A DNA stretch of 64,000 nt from Balanoglossus misakiensis (lineage: Eukaryota; Animalia; Hemichordata): positions 2,075,854-2,139,853 of the forward strand of contig CM082596.2 of the NCBI GenBank assembly GCA_040954595.2, written 5' to 3'. The translations under genes and the position numbers were made by a program. The notes under the pieces were generated by a model. That model did no database searches, had not been told where the DNA came from, and saw nothing but the letters and a program-made list of their open reading frames with translations. This document shows positions 42,901 through 57,900 of the stretch, piece by piece (the stretch's first letter is position 1; every line of letters starts with the position of its first letter).

Positions 42901-45900
42901 TTGCGAGATGGAGAAGTTGACACTCTACAAAAATTTGCACATCATTACACATGAAAAGAATCCATATGAAGACAGCAATAGGGTTATACACCAATACTTT
43001 GCATTTATTATTATTCTCATTATACAGGATAGAAATCGGCGTCTTTTGACATCGTTTGGTTATTTCTATTTCATGTGAGAAGTGTGTTAATTTGTCATGA
43101 TCGGTGATACGTGCAATATTAATGATGCGCTATATGAAACATGAGATGGTTCAATTTTGCAAGGGGCTGTTCACTGATCAGCTTTCAGAAGGAGATTCTC
43201 GGTTTTGAGAAAGGAGACAGTTACAAGACAACGTCCCCAAGACATTACGGCCGTGTCTAATCTTCTCGCTTTCAATACCAATAAGGATGATAAGCCAAAA
43301 CTAGTATGAAATCTGTCCTCAAGGCTCTCAGGTTTGAAATGAAAGCCTCAGAGTGAGTGTCTTGCGCAAGATGAATGATGCCCAGGTCAGCAGAATTCTT
43401 CAAAGAAAAATAACTGAACTACTGAAATTTGTCGCTCTGATGGAGAGATATGGTGTCAGCCACTGAAGAGCCGGCGCATCAACAATACACAGCTTAATAA
43501 TACTTAGGAAAAAAAATGATGATGCATCTTACTTCATTCTCATCTCTTTGTTCATCTCAGATGAAGACTCCATTATCCCCTGCAAAGCAACATTCTGAAA
43601 ATTTTTTTAATTTCCACATAAGCCGAAGCTTTCCCTGGAGAAAATAGTTAAAATGGAAGATTTCACTTAATAAGGAAAGATGCATGAAACCTCTGGAGAT
43701 ACAAAGAGTCTAGAGCTTTCAAAAATCCATTTCATAAATTTTCCTCAGTAAAAATGAAATGAATGGTGAGATTATCATTATCTCACCTTTTTTATACTTT
43801 TCATATTACAGTGTAGATTATTTTGCATCTTCAATCCATTACAATTTGAAAGTTTCTTTCAGAACAAATGAAAGTGGCCTGAATAGGTGCTTATACTTTA
43901 TGTAATAGTTTTGTGCAGAGAAGTGGTTTTAGTCCGGCTCAAATTACCAATATAGACACACTATGTCAGACCAGACTGGTTTGGTCAGGTACGAAAGGAG
44001 GAGGGTGGTGCTTGGGTTCGGTTCAGCCCAAAGTTGTATTGTAAACACATTGGCCTGGTTCCTGGTGGAGCTCTCACTGTTGATTCTGTGGTCCGTTTCT
44101 CCAGGAATTTAAGGAGCCCTTGTTTATGGCCAATATGCTGCTGGTACCAATTTAATAGCTATATTTGCAATTAATGGGCACAGAAGGAATTATGACATGG
44201 CAGCGATATTTTTACATACATCAGAGTCACTTAACAGATTTTGCTTTTTGCGTGTGTTGTTTGAGCACATTTCAAACAGAAATAAATCAAAATTGACAAG
44301 TAGCTGTGAACTCCATCTGTGCAAGGTCAAGTTGATTGATAAGTTCTCACTTTCACCTGACCACGAGATGTCAGTTAAGCCGGCTACCTATAAACGACTT
44401 CGAAATGTAGAGCCTTGCTCGGCCAAATGAAAGTAAATGAATGTAAATGTTGCCCGCCTCCCGGTAAGGTCAGTGCGCACACACAGCCAGCAAAGTTATA
44501 AGACTCTGTAATGCACCTTGTCAATCTGTGAAATCTCCTTTAGAGGTTTTGATCTGCAAATTTATGACAGGAAAGTTATTGAGAAGTGTTAATTTCATTG
44601 GAAAACGCTGACCTGATTTTTAAGAGGGGAAATTCTTAACTAGGAAAGATGGCGTGTTTTATGCTGATGAGGCATTCTGCTCATTGGTTACCCGGGAAAC
44701 CAGTGCACGTAAGACCATAATTTCTTTGTTTTGCCCCAAGAATGTTTGAAGATTGTGTGATTGCTTCACTTAAGTTACGTTCCTTGGCTGGATTAGCAAT
44801 GGCTGGGTTGGCATGATATGGTGTTTATCCAGGCTGGTGTTTAGCCTACCATTTAGTGATGTGGAAGTTACAGGTTGGTGGGTTTAGATTCAACTATAAC
44901 CGTAGATTAGTTCCTTCGAACGGCTAGGTGTTAGATAGTTTGTTACAAATTCTGTCGAGTGATGCCAGTTTGCTCAGGCTATTTTGGTTGGTTGGTTGAG
45001 TTGGGAGGTGGCTGGGTTTGGTTGGTTGGTTGGTTGGTTAGCTTTTTGAGATATTTCTATTCTAAATAGATGAAATGAGTGTCAGCCAGCTGGTTGATTG
45101 ATGCCAGCCTGGGACATTTTTTCTGTCAACTCAGGGTCGATCAAACAGTTTGCTTATGGCCTTCAAGATAACATTCAGTGCCTGGTAAATGCGTTGACAT
45201 ATTCTAGTTGACGCACTAAGGTAGCGGGCAAATGCAGAGTCCAGTTGGATTCTGGGATATGTCACAATCTAGATACAGTTGCTATGATGGTGCTGTTGCT
45301 AAGGTGATCCGTTCTCCAACAAATCCAAGCTACTAAACTATGCCACATTGCACCACTTGAAGTATATGCAAAGAAAGGAATGTCTGTCAAATATTTAACT
45401 AAAGCTTCTGTGGAAAACAAATCCAATCCTTTGCTTTTTTCCACTTGCACACCTGTATCACATGTATCTAATCATTTGTGTCTAATAATTATTAATTATC
45501 AAATGAAATGCTGTGTATTTCAAACATCACAGAGTGAGATTTGGTGAAACAAGAATTTCTTTGAGCCTGGCCCTGATGTGGCTGTCAGATTAGTTTGTGA
45601 TGTCAACGACAATGTAGATTCCCTGATTAGGGAGGTCTTCTAGTTTCACTTTGCTCCTTGAAGAAAATTTCTTCTCCAATCGGGTGCTGATTTAGAGCAC
45701 TCTCCCCATCACTTGTCATCTTTTGGGCTTAGTTGTAGAGGGATTTAAAATTGACTGTGATTCCTGCAATTTACAGGGTAATCATTGATGAGATGGGTTG
45801 TAAAACAAAATGGACAAGTCATGAGACTTTCAAGTGTGCTGGTGTATCAGTGTACAATGTCATGAAATATGCATTGCAATAAAATGAATTTATGATGGTG

Positions 45901-48900
45901 AAAAGATACTCAGTATGAGAAAGACAGAAACGTGATATGTCACCTCTGTAACCCCTCACACTAAGAAACTGAAGACAGGTAGAATAGTGACAATATTGAA
46001 TTTCAAATTTCAATTAATTTTGAGAAGTTAGGTTTTCCCTGCAGTGCCAAAATTTGCCAAAATAATCTAAGTTATTGTTAGTTTCTGTGTGTGCTCTGCA
46101 TTGGTATTTGCTTTATCAGTGTAGCCATCTTTAGTTTTTTCACGATTTTTTTCAAGTTGTCAATGTTTGTGTATGTACATCAGCAGTCCTGTAATTGCAT
46201 TGAAACTCTGTCCATCATGCTTTGCACATTCTTCCCTGTGCAAACAAATTCAATCTGCAGAAAAAATGTCAAACGTCGAACATTGCGAGTGGAAAGCCCT
46301 TAGGAATATTAGCAGTAAAAACCTGATGCTCTTTCTTTTGAATGGTTGCTAAATTTCATTTATTTCGCTGGCATTTAACACTTGCAGTCTGGGCCTCTCT
46401 TCCGGAGAGGTGGGTGGCAAACAAGTTGGAACATTTTTTGCCTGATGAATGTTCCTCGTAACCGTCTTAGAGAGCGCCCTCTAGCAACAACGTAGTATGG
46501 CAGTTGCCCTCTTGAAAGACGAAGGGAACTTTTTAAAAGTTCAAACTAAATAACAGTTGAAAACATCAGGCCAGAGCAGAATGAAGTACTTTGTGTTAAG
46601 ATTTTTAGAAACATGAGATTGACAGGGATAATTAAGTGCGGTGCTAGTGTCTTTATTTCTTTGAAAAGGGCCAAAATTCAACAGATTTACAAACATTAGT
46701 TGGCTGATTTATCTGCAAGATAAAAATCACAAAGAAACCGGCTATGACATGACTTATGTCAGTGCAGATTTGGTTGTAAGACCAAAAGGATTGATTCAAT
46801 AGTAGCCGAGTGATTACATGGGATTGAGAGCAATTTCTGAAGTGACACACTGGGAAATCGTGGCCTTAAAACCATTTTGTTGTGCGTGCAGGATTTCCAC
46901 AAGTGCTTCTTTGCCAGCAAGGGCCGGCGACCAGCTTGTTTTGAATTGAGGAGAGGTACACACTGAAATTACAGCATATGAAAAGAGAATTTTAAAACAT
47001 GATGAGGTGCAATGATTTATTTATTCTTTTTTTTCCAGGTCAACCAGGAAGAAAGCAGGAAAGAAAAGTCCTTATTGTTGGAGAGACTTCGTGCCTTAGA
47101 AGCTGAGAATTCTGCACTGGTGCTAGAAAATGAAAGTCAAAGGGAACAGTACGAAAGATGTCTTGACGAGGTAAGCTTGTTTGTCTGTTTGATCTGCAAA
47201 GGTGTAATGTTTCTATCGAAGTCGATGCATGTTTGGTAGAATGTCGTCGATCTGGGAGAGGCAACAGCGCCACCATGAGGCAGATTGCAGTCATGCTTTG
47301 GTGAACTGAACATCTGAGTACCTTAGTTACGTGCCACACACTTCAGGCATGGACAATGTAATGTGAGAATGATTGAAGCCTGCGTGGAATATCCGTGGTG
47401 GGGGGAAGTTACCTATTGTCAACCCTAATCTCTCTCTTTCCTCCAAATAATTCTACCCGTACATTTCATACACCTCTCGTTCACAATGTACCAATCTGTC
47501 ATCCGCACTCGTTACAATAAAACCCATCAGTTTTGCTTGGAATGAAAGAATCTGTACGGCTGAGAACACTTGAAGACTTGTGAAGAGGAAACTCCATTAA
47601 ACTATAAACTATTTCACACATCTTGCAGCAGGAAAGCTTTTAAACTATCTAAATAAGAGAACATTTCACGGATTGTGAAGACTTTTGTTGGCGTTACACT
47701 TCAGATGACAATACATGTAAACTGAAGATGACCTTTCACCCCAAAACCAACAGCAGGGAGCGATCACGCTCACGTATCAACTTTCAAAAAGAATGAATTC
47801 CAGATTATTCGGTGTACTTTTTAAACTGACCCTAACATTTTCCTTTGAAAGCTCAAGTATCAGTATAAAAACCACCTCAATAATTGCCAAAAAGTTGAGT
47901 ATTCAGATTTTTGCACCACTATTAAAAGATGAGCTGTTTAATGGGTTGTTTTACTGTTGTAAGTTGCTACTTCACTCCAGTGCAATAGTTACACAATAGA
48001 TCTGAATAATGATGTGATTAGGAATATATAGGTTGACGCAATTACAGGTAGACTGACAGTCAGATCGCAGCTAGGGGCCAATAGAACAGGTAGGTCAAAT
48101 CACGCTCAGGTCCATTTTGAAAAAAACAGATATACTCAATTTTTGTTGACCATAGGATCATACCGATAGCTTCCATAAAAAGAAAAGTTCTCTCTGTGTG
48201 TACGGTGTCTAAAACATTAATCAGCAGATTTCTCTTTGAAGTTGAGTCGGCAATACAGTAGGGTAAATTTTCAGTTTCTGTGTCTAGAAAGATTTGAAAG
48301 AATTACGTGTGATGGATTTCTAGTTGAAATTCACTGGCACTGGAAAAATTTTAATTTGGAATTGTGACGAGTAAATATTTTCAATTAGCAGTGAGCTGAA
48401 CTATTGATAAGATTGCTAAAATCAACACTGGAATACAAGCTGTAAACTTTGAACGTAAACTGGCGTAAAGGCATGCATGCAGGATTTTGGAGGCAAATTG
48501 TCTTTCAGTATAACAATCACACGATGTTTATATGCGTTGTCTTTTGGCAACTTGTCAAATCTCACCGAAGTTACTTTTGAAAACATTACGATTAGGTAAC
48601 AGACTTAGCCAGACTGTTGACAACTTCTTGTGATATTTTGAAGTTGATCTCCAACTTTCAAAGCTATTTCCTCTTGACAAGGAGAAGGTGGAAATCAGAG
48701 CGAAAGCAATCGTGGCCTCAGGGCTTTCGCTGCTTAAAGTGTGGCTTTTAATTTACCTCAGCGTGAGGCTACAAGGCTTGTTTATGCAAAATAACAAGGC
48801 GTAGATAAACTGGGAAGATACTGGAAGAGGTTGAATCTTAATCAACCCAGGGGAAAGAGATTTTTAATTGACAAAGTGATGTTGAAAGTGTAGAAAGATT

Positions 48901-51900
48901 GAGGAATTTGCTATTTTGGCTGGCCTACAAGTTGTCGATTGAACCTCTTATTGTTATAATGTCATGATTGACTTGAAAGTCTTGAAGAATAAAAAAAAAC
49001 CCTGATATTGTGATTAAAAGATACATGAAGCATACATGTATATTGTACACATTCCAAAAGACAATCGCAGCTTTGAGTAAATTTGACCTCAGGATACGTG
49101 CATGTAACTGATACCAACAGTTTTGCCCTTGCAAGGGATTGAAATACTCTGATATAGTTGGATGTTTTTTGTTGAAAATTGACACAGTGGGGTCTAAATT
49201 TTAATGTAATTCATCTGTCCCTTGGATGGACGTCCACTGTTTCTGCGGTGGAAAGTTTGATAAAATACGGATGCCTGTATCCGGCTGTTTGTGCTTTCCA
49301 GTAGATCCTTCTGAGCCCGGTTACCAATTTTCCTTAGGAATCTTGGGAATGGATACAGGTTTCCTGTGGAAGTGCACCGGAAAAGTGACAGGAATTAGGT
49401 TAATGGAGTATTCAGGAGGTTGTGTCACTGATAAACAGTTCAAAACTGTCTTTTAAGAGATTAGTGGTGGTTACGTGAAATTCCGGGAATTGAACTCAGA
49501 AAATCCGTGAAGAAAACACAAATTTTTTAGAAAACAGAGAGTTTTGTCAAGAGTTCCAAGGTTATCAGTCGTTCTATTGCAGTTCAGCAGCTGCTGGGTC
49601 CCAGGTGATCGCCCGCATACAAATAAAGACATACACACAACTGCTGTCAGGTTCTTCCATTGTCTTCAAATCCGATGACTATTATCAGTAGCGGGCTATT
49701 GTCGCTGTTCTATTTGCCCTGCTTTGTGCCCTGACAGCCAAACAGCCATTCTTTCAGTACACGAAGTCTGTTTACCAATGAGACAAACTAAAATCCCATG
49801 CTGTAACTGCGACTCAAATATGTCCATCAATCCATTTTCTCTTTCACACACACATCCTTGACTACTATTTTTCCACAAGTGTAATGGAACCATCCATATC
49901 CGTTGAGTTATTGTCCTTTCAAATTCCACAAGTGAAAAGAACTGTATTCCAAAAGAAATTTGAGGGTGTGTTAAGGGCAGTATATACAGATCACTGTTAC
50001 CATGGTAACATGTTTGTTTGCTAGTAGTAAACAGTTTGTTTACAGATACACAACTTGAAATGCACAACAGCACATCACCCATTGTCATTGAGACTTCTGC
50101 TCAAACACTTACAATTGTTGGTACAGTAACACTGTTTCTGCTGTTTTGTGTCAACGTCAACAAAGGTATTTTTAGAGTGTCACTTTCAGTTTCAAAAGAA
50201 CTGAAGGTGACTCAACCTTTACAAACTATATCTATGACTGTGTTGTTACTTTAAAAAGTTGAAAGTGTTTCACAAATGTCATTTGTTTTGTTTTGTTTAC
50301 AGGTCGCAAATCAGGTTGTACAGGCTCTACTTATGCAGAAGGTAAGTGAAAGTTTTTTTAAGTGTCAATGGAAGTGTCAATGGTTAAAGATTTCATCAAG
50401 TTCAAAAGCCATCGTTCATGGTACATCAGAGAAACATATAGCCCTCTTGTGACTTTATACAGAACACAAGCTCTGTGGTCTAGCCAGTGTGTTGAAGAGT
50501 CATCTTCTTTTCAAGGAACGTGCAGTGCTACATTTTGACGATGGAAGTTGTTAACACATGGTGCTCAATTGGGAGGATACTGAGTAAAAACAAAAAAGAA
50601 TTGAATCCAATATAAAATGTTTAGTCTGGACATAACTAGGTTCCAAACAGCTGCTTGTACACTGTAACTTTCTGTAACTTATCATGTGGATGTATTTAGT
50701 CTTAAAAGTTGCTGAGTGGATGCTCTGTTTATATTTGAAACAAAGAATCTGAGTTTGTTATCTTTTTTATCGAAGAACTACGTAAACCAGAAGAAAGATT
50801 TAATTGGAGTCTTTGACTGCAAACAAGCCCCACACATGAAATGACAACATTCTACAAATCATTGATTGGCTCATCAAGGTTGAACGCAAACCAGTTTGTC
50901 GCAATTGCCCCTCAGAGTCATAAGCTGACCTCCCCTGTACGTAGACACAATAGTATGTCCTAAACACCGCAGCGAGCCAACCGTGATGAATAATGAGGAA
51001 ATCAGTGTAGAGTATAGCAGTGTGTATAGTAGCGGTACTTACGAAAAGTACGTTCGGACTACTTCAAGGGGTAGTATATGACAGATGATCCCCTGAAAAA
51101 AAAGTATTGGCCAGCAGTTTCCAAAATCATGGATTTTGATCTGGTGTGTAATTTCATAGTGCTGAGTTACCTCGCCATGATTGTCTGTCTCTGGTGTTTG
51201 TCTGTCATCAAGGTAAGGGATGGTTAAATGCTTAAATACAGTCATTGTTGTGAAAACTCAGTTCTCTTACTCTCATGTATGGTGAAAACTCCAAAGCTCA
51301 AAGGTCATGCTTTGGAATTTGCAGATGTTATGCTCATACCCTATCAGAATTCAGACATATCCAAGTTACTGTGGAAAAAGAAGTGAAAAGGTTTTTTTCT
51401 ATGTTTATTTGAGCTCAGAGGGAGATCCTGTGAATTAAACATCAATTTCAGGCTGAGTTGATTTTCGTTATTTTCGTTCTCCATCAATTTTCTACTTGAC
51501 TGCTTTGCAAATGAAAAAAAGATAAACAACTAAACGTAAATGAATTAACCGTAAGTGCAGATAAACTTTTCAAAACATTGTACGAAAACATGCAAAGTTG
51601 TGTCACCATTTCAACGTGAATTGTAAGACATTACAAAAATTTAGGTTCAAAGTTTAATCCTCTTGGAAAAATCATAAATAAATAAAACATGGCATTTGAA
51701 GTACCTTTTTTGACCTACTTTTGCAGAGCTTATGATCTTTGAGATAAGTGAGTTTAATTTTGTCAAATAATAATGACCTTTTACCTAATATTTTGCACAT
51801 TCTCATACAAACTGTTTGCTTGAAACTAATCTTGAATCTGTGGCCTTGTGAGTTCTGACTCCAGGGACCCAACAAAACCAATCACCAAAAATCTCAAGGA

Positions 51901-54900
51901 TATTGAAACCAAAAGTAAGGGTCTTGACAAAACTGGAGTGTTTCGGCAAAATCCAGTGACGTTTTCTTTGCTCACAATTCCTCCAAACTTAAATCGGCGA
52001 CAGCGAAAAAGAAAAACAGGGATTATGTAAAGCCTCTCTCTGGTAATGTTTTTCACAAATGATGTAAGAATTGAAAATTCACCTCACATCTCGTATGTAC
52101 GTAATCTTTCCAAACAAACAAGCCTGCCATTTAGGGACTTGTGAACCCTGCATTAGTAGCCTTCGTATTGGGATTCTGTCAGCGACTCCCTGATTTTGTA
52201 TTTTCGTTTAAAAGTCGTCCCTGGAACCGTTCATTAAAGTATCAGTGTAGCTTAAGGGCAACTTGGAATCTAGTCAAGATCTCTGCAGGAGCTGTCAGCT
52301 ACGGCCTTCCAGTTGAAACCTCGCCACTGCTGCTGATTTTGGCCACCCAACTTTGAGTTTAAAAACTTCCAAATATTCAGGATTTTTTGTCGCATTAAAA
52401 ACAAAATACTTTAATGCGTGTTTATGAGTGCAAGTATTCTTCCAATTTGGTTCAAAGGTGAGCATATATGAAAACTCATGTATTCTTGGCTTAGTAGCGT
52501 TGAAAGTTGCCCTCTTTTGAAGTTGATATAATGATATTCAGTTTAAAATTTCAATATCATGGTTTACATTATACAAGTACAGTACAGTTGACCATAACAC
52601 AGCTGTGTATGGTTTGTGACAATTTTGAAATTAATGGATCATGCAGATTGGCAATATTTCAACAAAGGTTGTATTGATTTTTGGCCTTAGTAGTGTTAGA
52701 GTTTATCAATATCACTGAGTGAAACAATCAGAAGAAGAGATCAATAGCTGCTATGCAATTATCCCTGTTTGTTATCTCAGAAGTATGTTATCGTGACGTC
52801 TCCACACCACCAATGAGACCTAGTGATGCAGAAGTATCTCAAAGATACCTTGATGCAGTCTGCTGTCCAATTACATCATCTCAGCACAGATTGTTGCTTG
52901 AGTGCCTGTGATTTCATACCCCCCAAAATTGTGTCGCTGCAACCCCTCTCTGTTTCCAAGGTTACCACCATGCCCTGTTATCAGGGCTACCAGACATGCT
53001 GTGTTTCCAGGGTAACCATGCTCCAGCCGCCCCCTCCCTTTCTAGGATTATACCCTGTTGCTAAGGTTACAGGGCCTTCCCTCTGTTCCCAGGGTTTGTA
53101 GAGCAGACAGACTTTTCTGTCTGTCAAGAGTAGCATGTAATTTCGGTGTAGCTGGAATTAAACGGCCAAGGATCTCCAGGTAAGCTTTTCCATGTTTCCA
53201 GGGTCCCTGGCAAAGTCTGGAAAACATTTACTGAATACGGAAAGTGATGAGAACAAAACAAAACAGTTTATTTGTTGTAATGATCAAAATATTGTCACGC
53301 AGTTCTGTAAAAAAGCAAATTAACACAGGCCACTAATTATTGGTAGAAATGGTCAAACTTTTTCCCCCAATGACGTTAAATGTAACAATGTGCGTAGACA
53401 CACAATGGAATTAGATCAATACTTTTAATTGGATTTCGAGTCCTGACACCAAAAATAGATGCAATGTAACCACAGTTGAGTGGCCAGTTGAGTTGCATTG
53501 ATTTCTGCAGCTAATGGTCAGTAGGGCTGACAGATCATGATGTGATCAGTGGAAATGTCAGAATATTTCATTTTGGTCTGCTGTAGGTCACAATGCCAAG
53601 GTTGAATGTTCAAGGCTGGAAAGGTGGTTTTGGGTGGGGTTTAAGGATTGGTTGTAGACTTCAGAAACACTTGTAGTACACAAATATGTTTATTGACTGG
53701 GTTTCGTAAACACAGGTGGCAAAAATCCATAATTCCAATTAATATAGCTGACGAAATCCATAATTCCACTTTGACGTGATGTCATAGTGAAATATCTGGA
53801 TGATGATCCACTCCTGTGGGTGAAATGATGAGAACTTCAGCTTCGCTTCGCGATCATGGTGCAGTCAGTGTTTTTGGCCAGCACTGGTGAGTGTGTATGT
53901 CATGTTGGGTTTGACGTTCCAAGTCTCGTGTCTTCTCACTAAGGCACACAAATATGGACAGATGTTGGACACTTTTACAAAGATAGATCTTATATGTATG
54001 TCTATCAATCTCATGATTGACAACGATAGTTGGCATAACCCTGCATGGCCAATTTCAAAGTTTCGATGTGATGGATACTTCTGAAAGGTCAGTTAACGCC
54101 TGTTTGTAACATTTATTACAACATCTACAAAAACCTTGCTGTCCAGTCAGTCATGCATGCCGTATTTCAATTGAACCGCTTTTGGAGGAATGTACTCATC
54201 AAGGACAGGAACTTTTCATCTTTTTGAAATGATATCCTTGACACAGGTTGTCAGCGATGTTAGTTACTCTGCTTGTTGAAGAAGATTTGACACCGAGATA
54301 CAGAGATGTTTATTGGTTAATTACTAGATTATGTTTGTTGCTATGTTCCTGAGTTTACCCTGTTAGACATTATTGAGTTGGCGGCAACATCTTAAAGAAC
54401 AAAACAACAACTGAAACAGAAATGTAAGGTTTCACCACCAGTGAAACTGATAGTTGCTTATAAGACTTGAGAGCATACATACAGTACACTGTATGCGTGT
54501 TTCATAATTTTTTCAAATATGATTCCATCACATATGGTACCTAATATCACCCTTGTGTCCCCTCCCCTGAATTATGGATTAACCCTGTTGATTACAGGTA
54601 ATGTCCAGACACATACACAAGGAAACAGGGGTGATAGGTTAAGGTGAATGACACAACAGTGCTGATTGTCTGTTGAAGCCCCTTTCAAACTAATCATTGT
54701 TCAAAGTGGAGATGTTTTGCTGTCAATCACTATTCTTGTATTTTGTCTGCTTGTGTTCAATACGTTTTCTTCAAAGAGAAATCAAAGCTTGTCCTTAAGA
54801 GACCTTCACTAGGGAAGTGTAAAATCCCATTATTATATCGGTACAAGTAAAATAATGTCAAAAACATGTCAACTGTTGTTTCTTGTTGTTTCAAATATTT

Positions 54901-57900
54901 TCACAACCACTCCCCAACTCCATTTGTTCGTGGTGGCAATGTTGGACCACTCCAGAGGAAAGTGGGGTGATAGAGTTAAAATCTTTTGAGATGTAGTCTT
55001 AAAATCTACCAATAAATTCTATGACCCTCACAACTCTGGAAGTTACTCAGTTAATGTATCCTAAACTTTTAATTTGTACCAGCAAAAATGTCAGGATGTT
55101 AGACCACGTAGCGTCATACAAATGACTGATTGATTTTGTGATAAATAGTCACTTTATGACCATTTTGAGTTTCTGTTTCATCTTTCACTTGATGGTTATT
55201 GATTCTTTTCTTTTTGTTTGACAGGATCTGAGAGCGGAATGTATTAAGTTACAGAACAGGGTGTTTGATCTGGAGCAACAGAACAAAATATTGAACATGA
55301 TGTTTGAACGAGAAAGACAGAGACATTCGACAAGAGAATTATCTATGCAGGTGAGGAATCCCTCTTCCCCCCTTTTGGAGAATGTTCGTAGGGTGAAAAA
55401 TTGGATTGGATTCTTAATTGTTGCGGTGAAATACCATGAACTCTTCTGAGCAAGCCCACAAGGTGGAGATGTCTGAAGCAGTTGTTTGTGCACATGTTAC
55501 GCAGAAATCTAATTACAGATCCAGCCAGACTTGTCAGACCTGTTTGGCCGTCAAGTCAAAACAAGTGGTTGGGGAATTTGTTGATGTCAGAAAGCGCTTT
55601 GTGAAAAACAGATTGCTTCCCACTTGGAGGTATTCTGGCTGCCGTCTCACACTGGGTTGAGTGTGTAAGGAAATCCTATATATGCAAGATCGTGAGTTGC
55701 AGTACCCTCTAGGCGTTCATCAGACATATCTCAGTAACTTCAGTGATTGTCGTGAAGTGTTTTGTTTCTCACAAAAACATCATCTACCATTTCTTTTTTC
55801 CCAGACATATCCTTCAAAACACTCGCGAGGAAGAGGTCTCACATCAGATGCTCCAAAGCAAACAACTAACGAAGACAGCAGTATTAGTGAAGTCTCACCA
55901 CCGACTACCTCAAACTCAGCTTCTCAGGTCAGTCTGAATTGAGTGTCAAGAAATCTCTCTATTGGGATATTTCATTTATGGTTTATGCAAGAATCATGAA
56001 AGTTTCACAAAGTATTTGGATTAATACTTGTTAGTGTTGTGACTTTACTATTCTGTCCTCGGATACTGACATTTTTAATGTTCTTTCATTTTTCAGGCAT
56101 TGTATCGACCTCAAGGTGCTACAGGCAGTGCTCAATCTTCACCCAGCAATCAGAAGAGAAACAACAAACCAGCAAACAAGTCGGGTGGTGGCAGACAACC
56201 AATCAGAAAGGAGAGTGGCAACAGCGCTGATTATGCGGGTCTCAGCTCAGAATCTCTGCACAGTACTCACTCCAACCAAGCCAATCATGTAAGTCTCTCG
56301 GTTTGTTTGAGAATTTCTCAAATAATCTCAAAATTGTGATCAGAGGGGAATATTGTAAGTCGTCCGATGCCGTATGTACCATCAAACTTGACCTTTTTTC
56401 CCCTTTTGATTATTACAGGCATATCCTGCTGTTCCAACGATGCAACTTGGTTGGTCACCCACCAGTAAACACAAAGCATTTGCCAACGGAGATCCCTTCC
56501 AGGGCCAATCTGACTTCTCATTACAAAGGCATGCACACTCACTGGACAGATTTGGCAATGGTTGCCATGGCAGCCACATGAAGGAGACATCGGCTATGAT
56601 AGACATGTTTGCTCACTACGGCAGGCCCGACAGGCTCTACCCACAATTCAGTGGGGCACAGCAAGAGTTGGCTGAGGAACGCATGTATCAGGCAAGCGCT
56701 CAGAATAATTTGTACCAGGGCAGCAATGGGAAGGTGCAGAATTACGATGAAATAGCAATGAACTCTGAAATGCCTGCAAAGCTGAAAGAAACGTTCCGTG
56801 CATTCCACGAGGAGAGTCTACAGGCAGAGCACATGATTTGTCTTCAACCCACAAGTCACCACCTGTATGCAAAGACTGAGAAACCAAGCAATTTCCCCAG
56901 CAACAGGAGAGATTTCAACTCCCCCAAGCCAGCTTTGGATCACATGGCTTCCAGAAACGGACTAATAGTCGCTGATAAATACCATCTTCCGTACAAGCAC
57001 GCTCCTTACGAGACAGCGCAGAGCGTGATGAAGGAACTCAACGATGCGACAGCGAACGTGAAAAGCTTTGATAGCCTTGTCGCCTCAGACGCCAAGCATT
57101 CCAAAAAGACAAGCGACCGACAGACTTCGAAAACCACAGCCAGGTCAGAGTTGAGCTCACTGCACGGAAGTTTGGAGTCGCTTGGTACGGATGACTCTGA
57201 GGGCGCTGCAGAAACCAAGGGGCTTCTGGATAGTTCGTTTAGTTTGAACAGTTTGGAGAGCAGCGACGATGACGACGATGGAGGCGGGCAGGAAATGTAC
57301 CAGATGCCGTCCCTGTCGGGTGAAAGAAATGAGATTATGAGGACCACAGGCGAAATGAACTACGACAGAAGTCCGTGTCAGGCCAGGAAAGTTGGACAGA
57401 ACGAGAACAATAAGAGTACTGAAAAGAAAGAAATCAATACTCCGATATCATCCAGTGGTAAAATAGTGAATGATTTGGATGGGGTCAAAGACGAAAGTAC
57501 GGCAGTGGACGAAACTGATGGAGTCAACAATAATGATAACAGTAACTTAAATAAACTTAGTACTTACACATCGCCTTGGAGGAAAGACCCAAGAGCTGCA
57601 CTGAATATAAGTCTTGATGTTCCAATGAATGATTATGGTGGTCAAAGTGCCTTTGTACAGTATACCTCAGTTACACGCAATCACATCAGTTACAAACCTG
57701 AAAGTGCGGCGGTGAATGACGCGGCTCTCCACAAAGAGAAAGCTGAGCAAAGATGTGCTGATGATGTCAACGGTTCAGAGAACGTGAAAGTTGCAGTGAA
57801 GAAAAGCAGCAGTAGTGAACAGCAGGGTTTAATCAATTCTGTGCTTGAGAGTGTGACTGTGAAAAGTCAGCCTGATGCACAGAAATTGTCGTCTCCTACA

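Noticed and set aside
51820-51900. Possible tRNA- or SINE-like segment
   Set aside because: I could not build a cloverleaf or find proper A and B boxes.
53723-53768. 15-bp direct repeat AAATCCATAATTCCA with a 16-bp spacer; also a 12-bp tandem duplication at ~50360-50383
   Set aside because: Only two copies each, most simply local duplications. Not a CRISPR-like array or a convincing target-site duplication.
39-55200. Most 60-130 aa ORFs in the six-frame track
   Set aside because: They are intronic or intergenic, compositionally random, lack splice support or homology, and many start at non-ATG codons.
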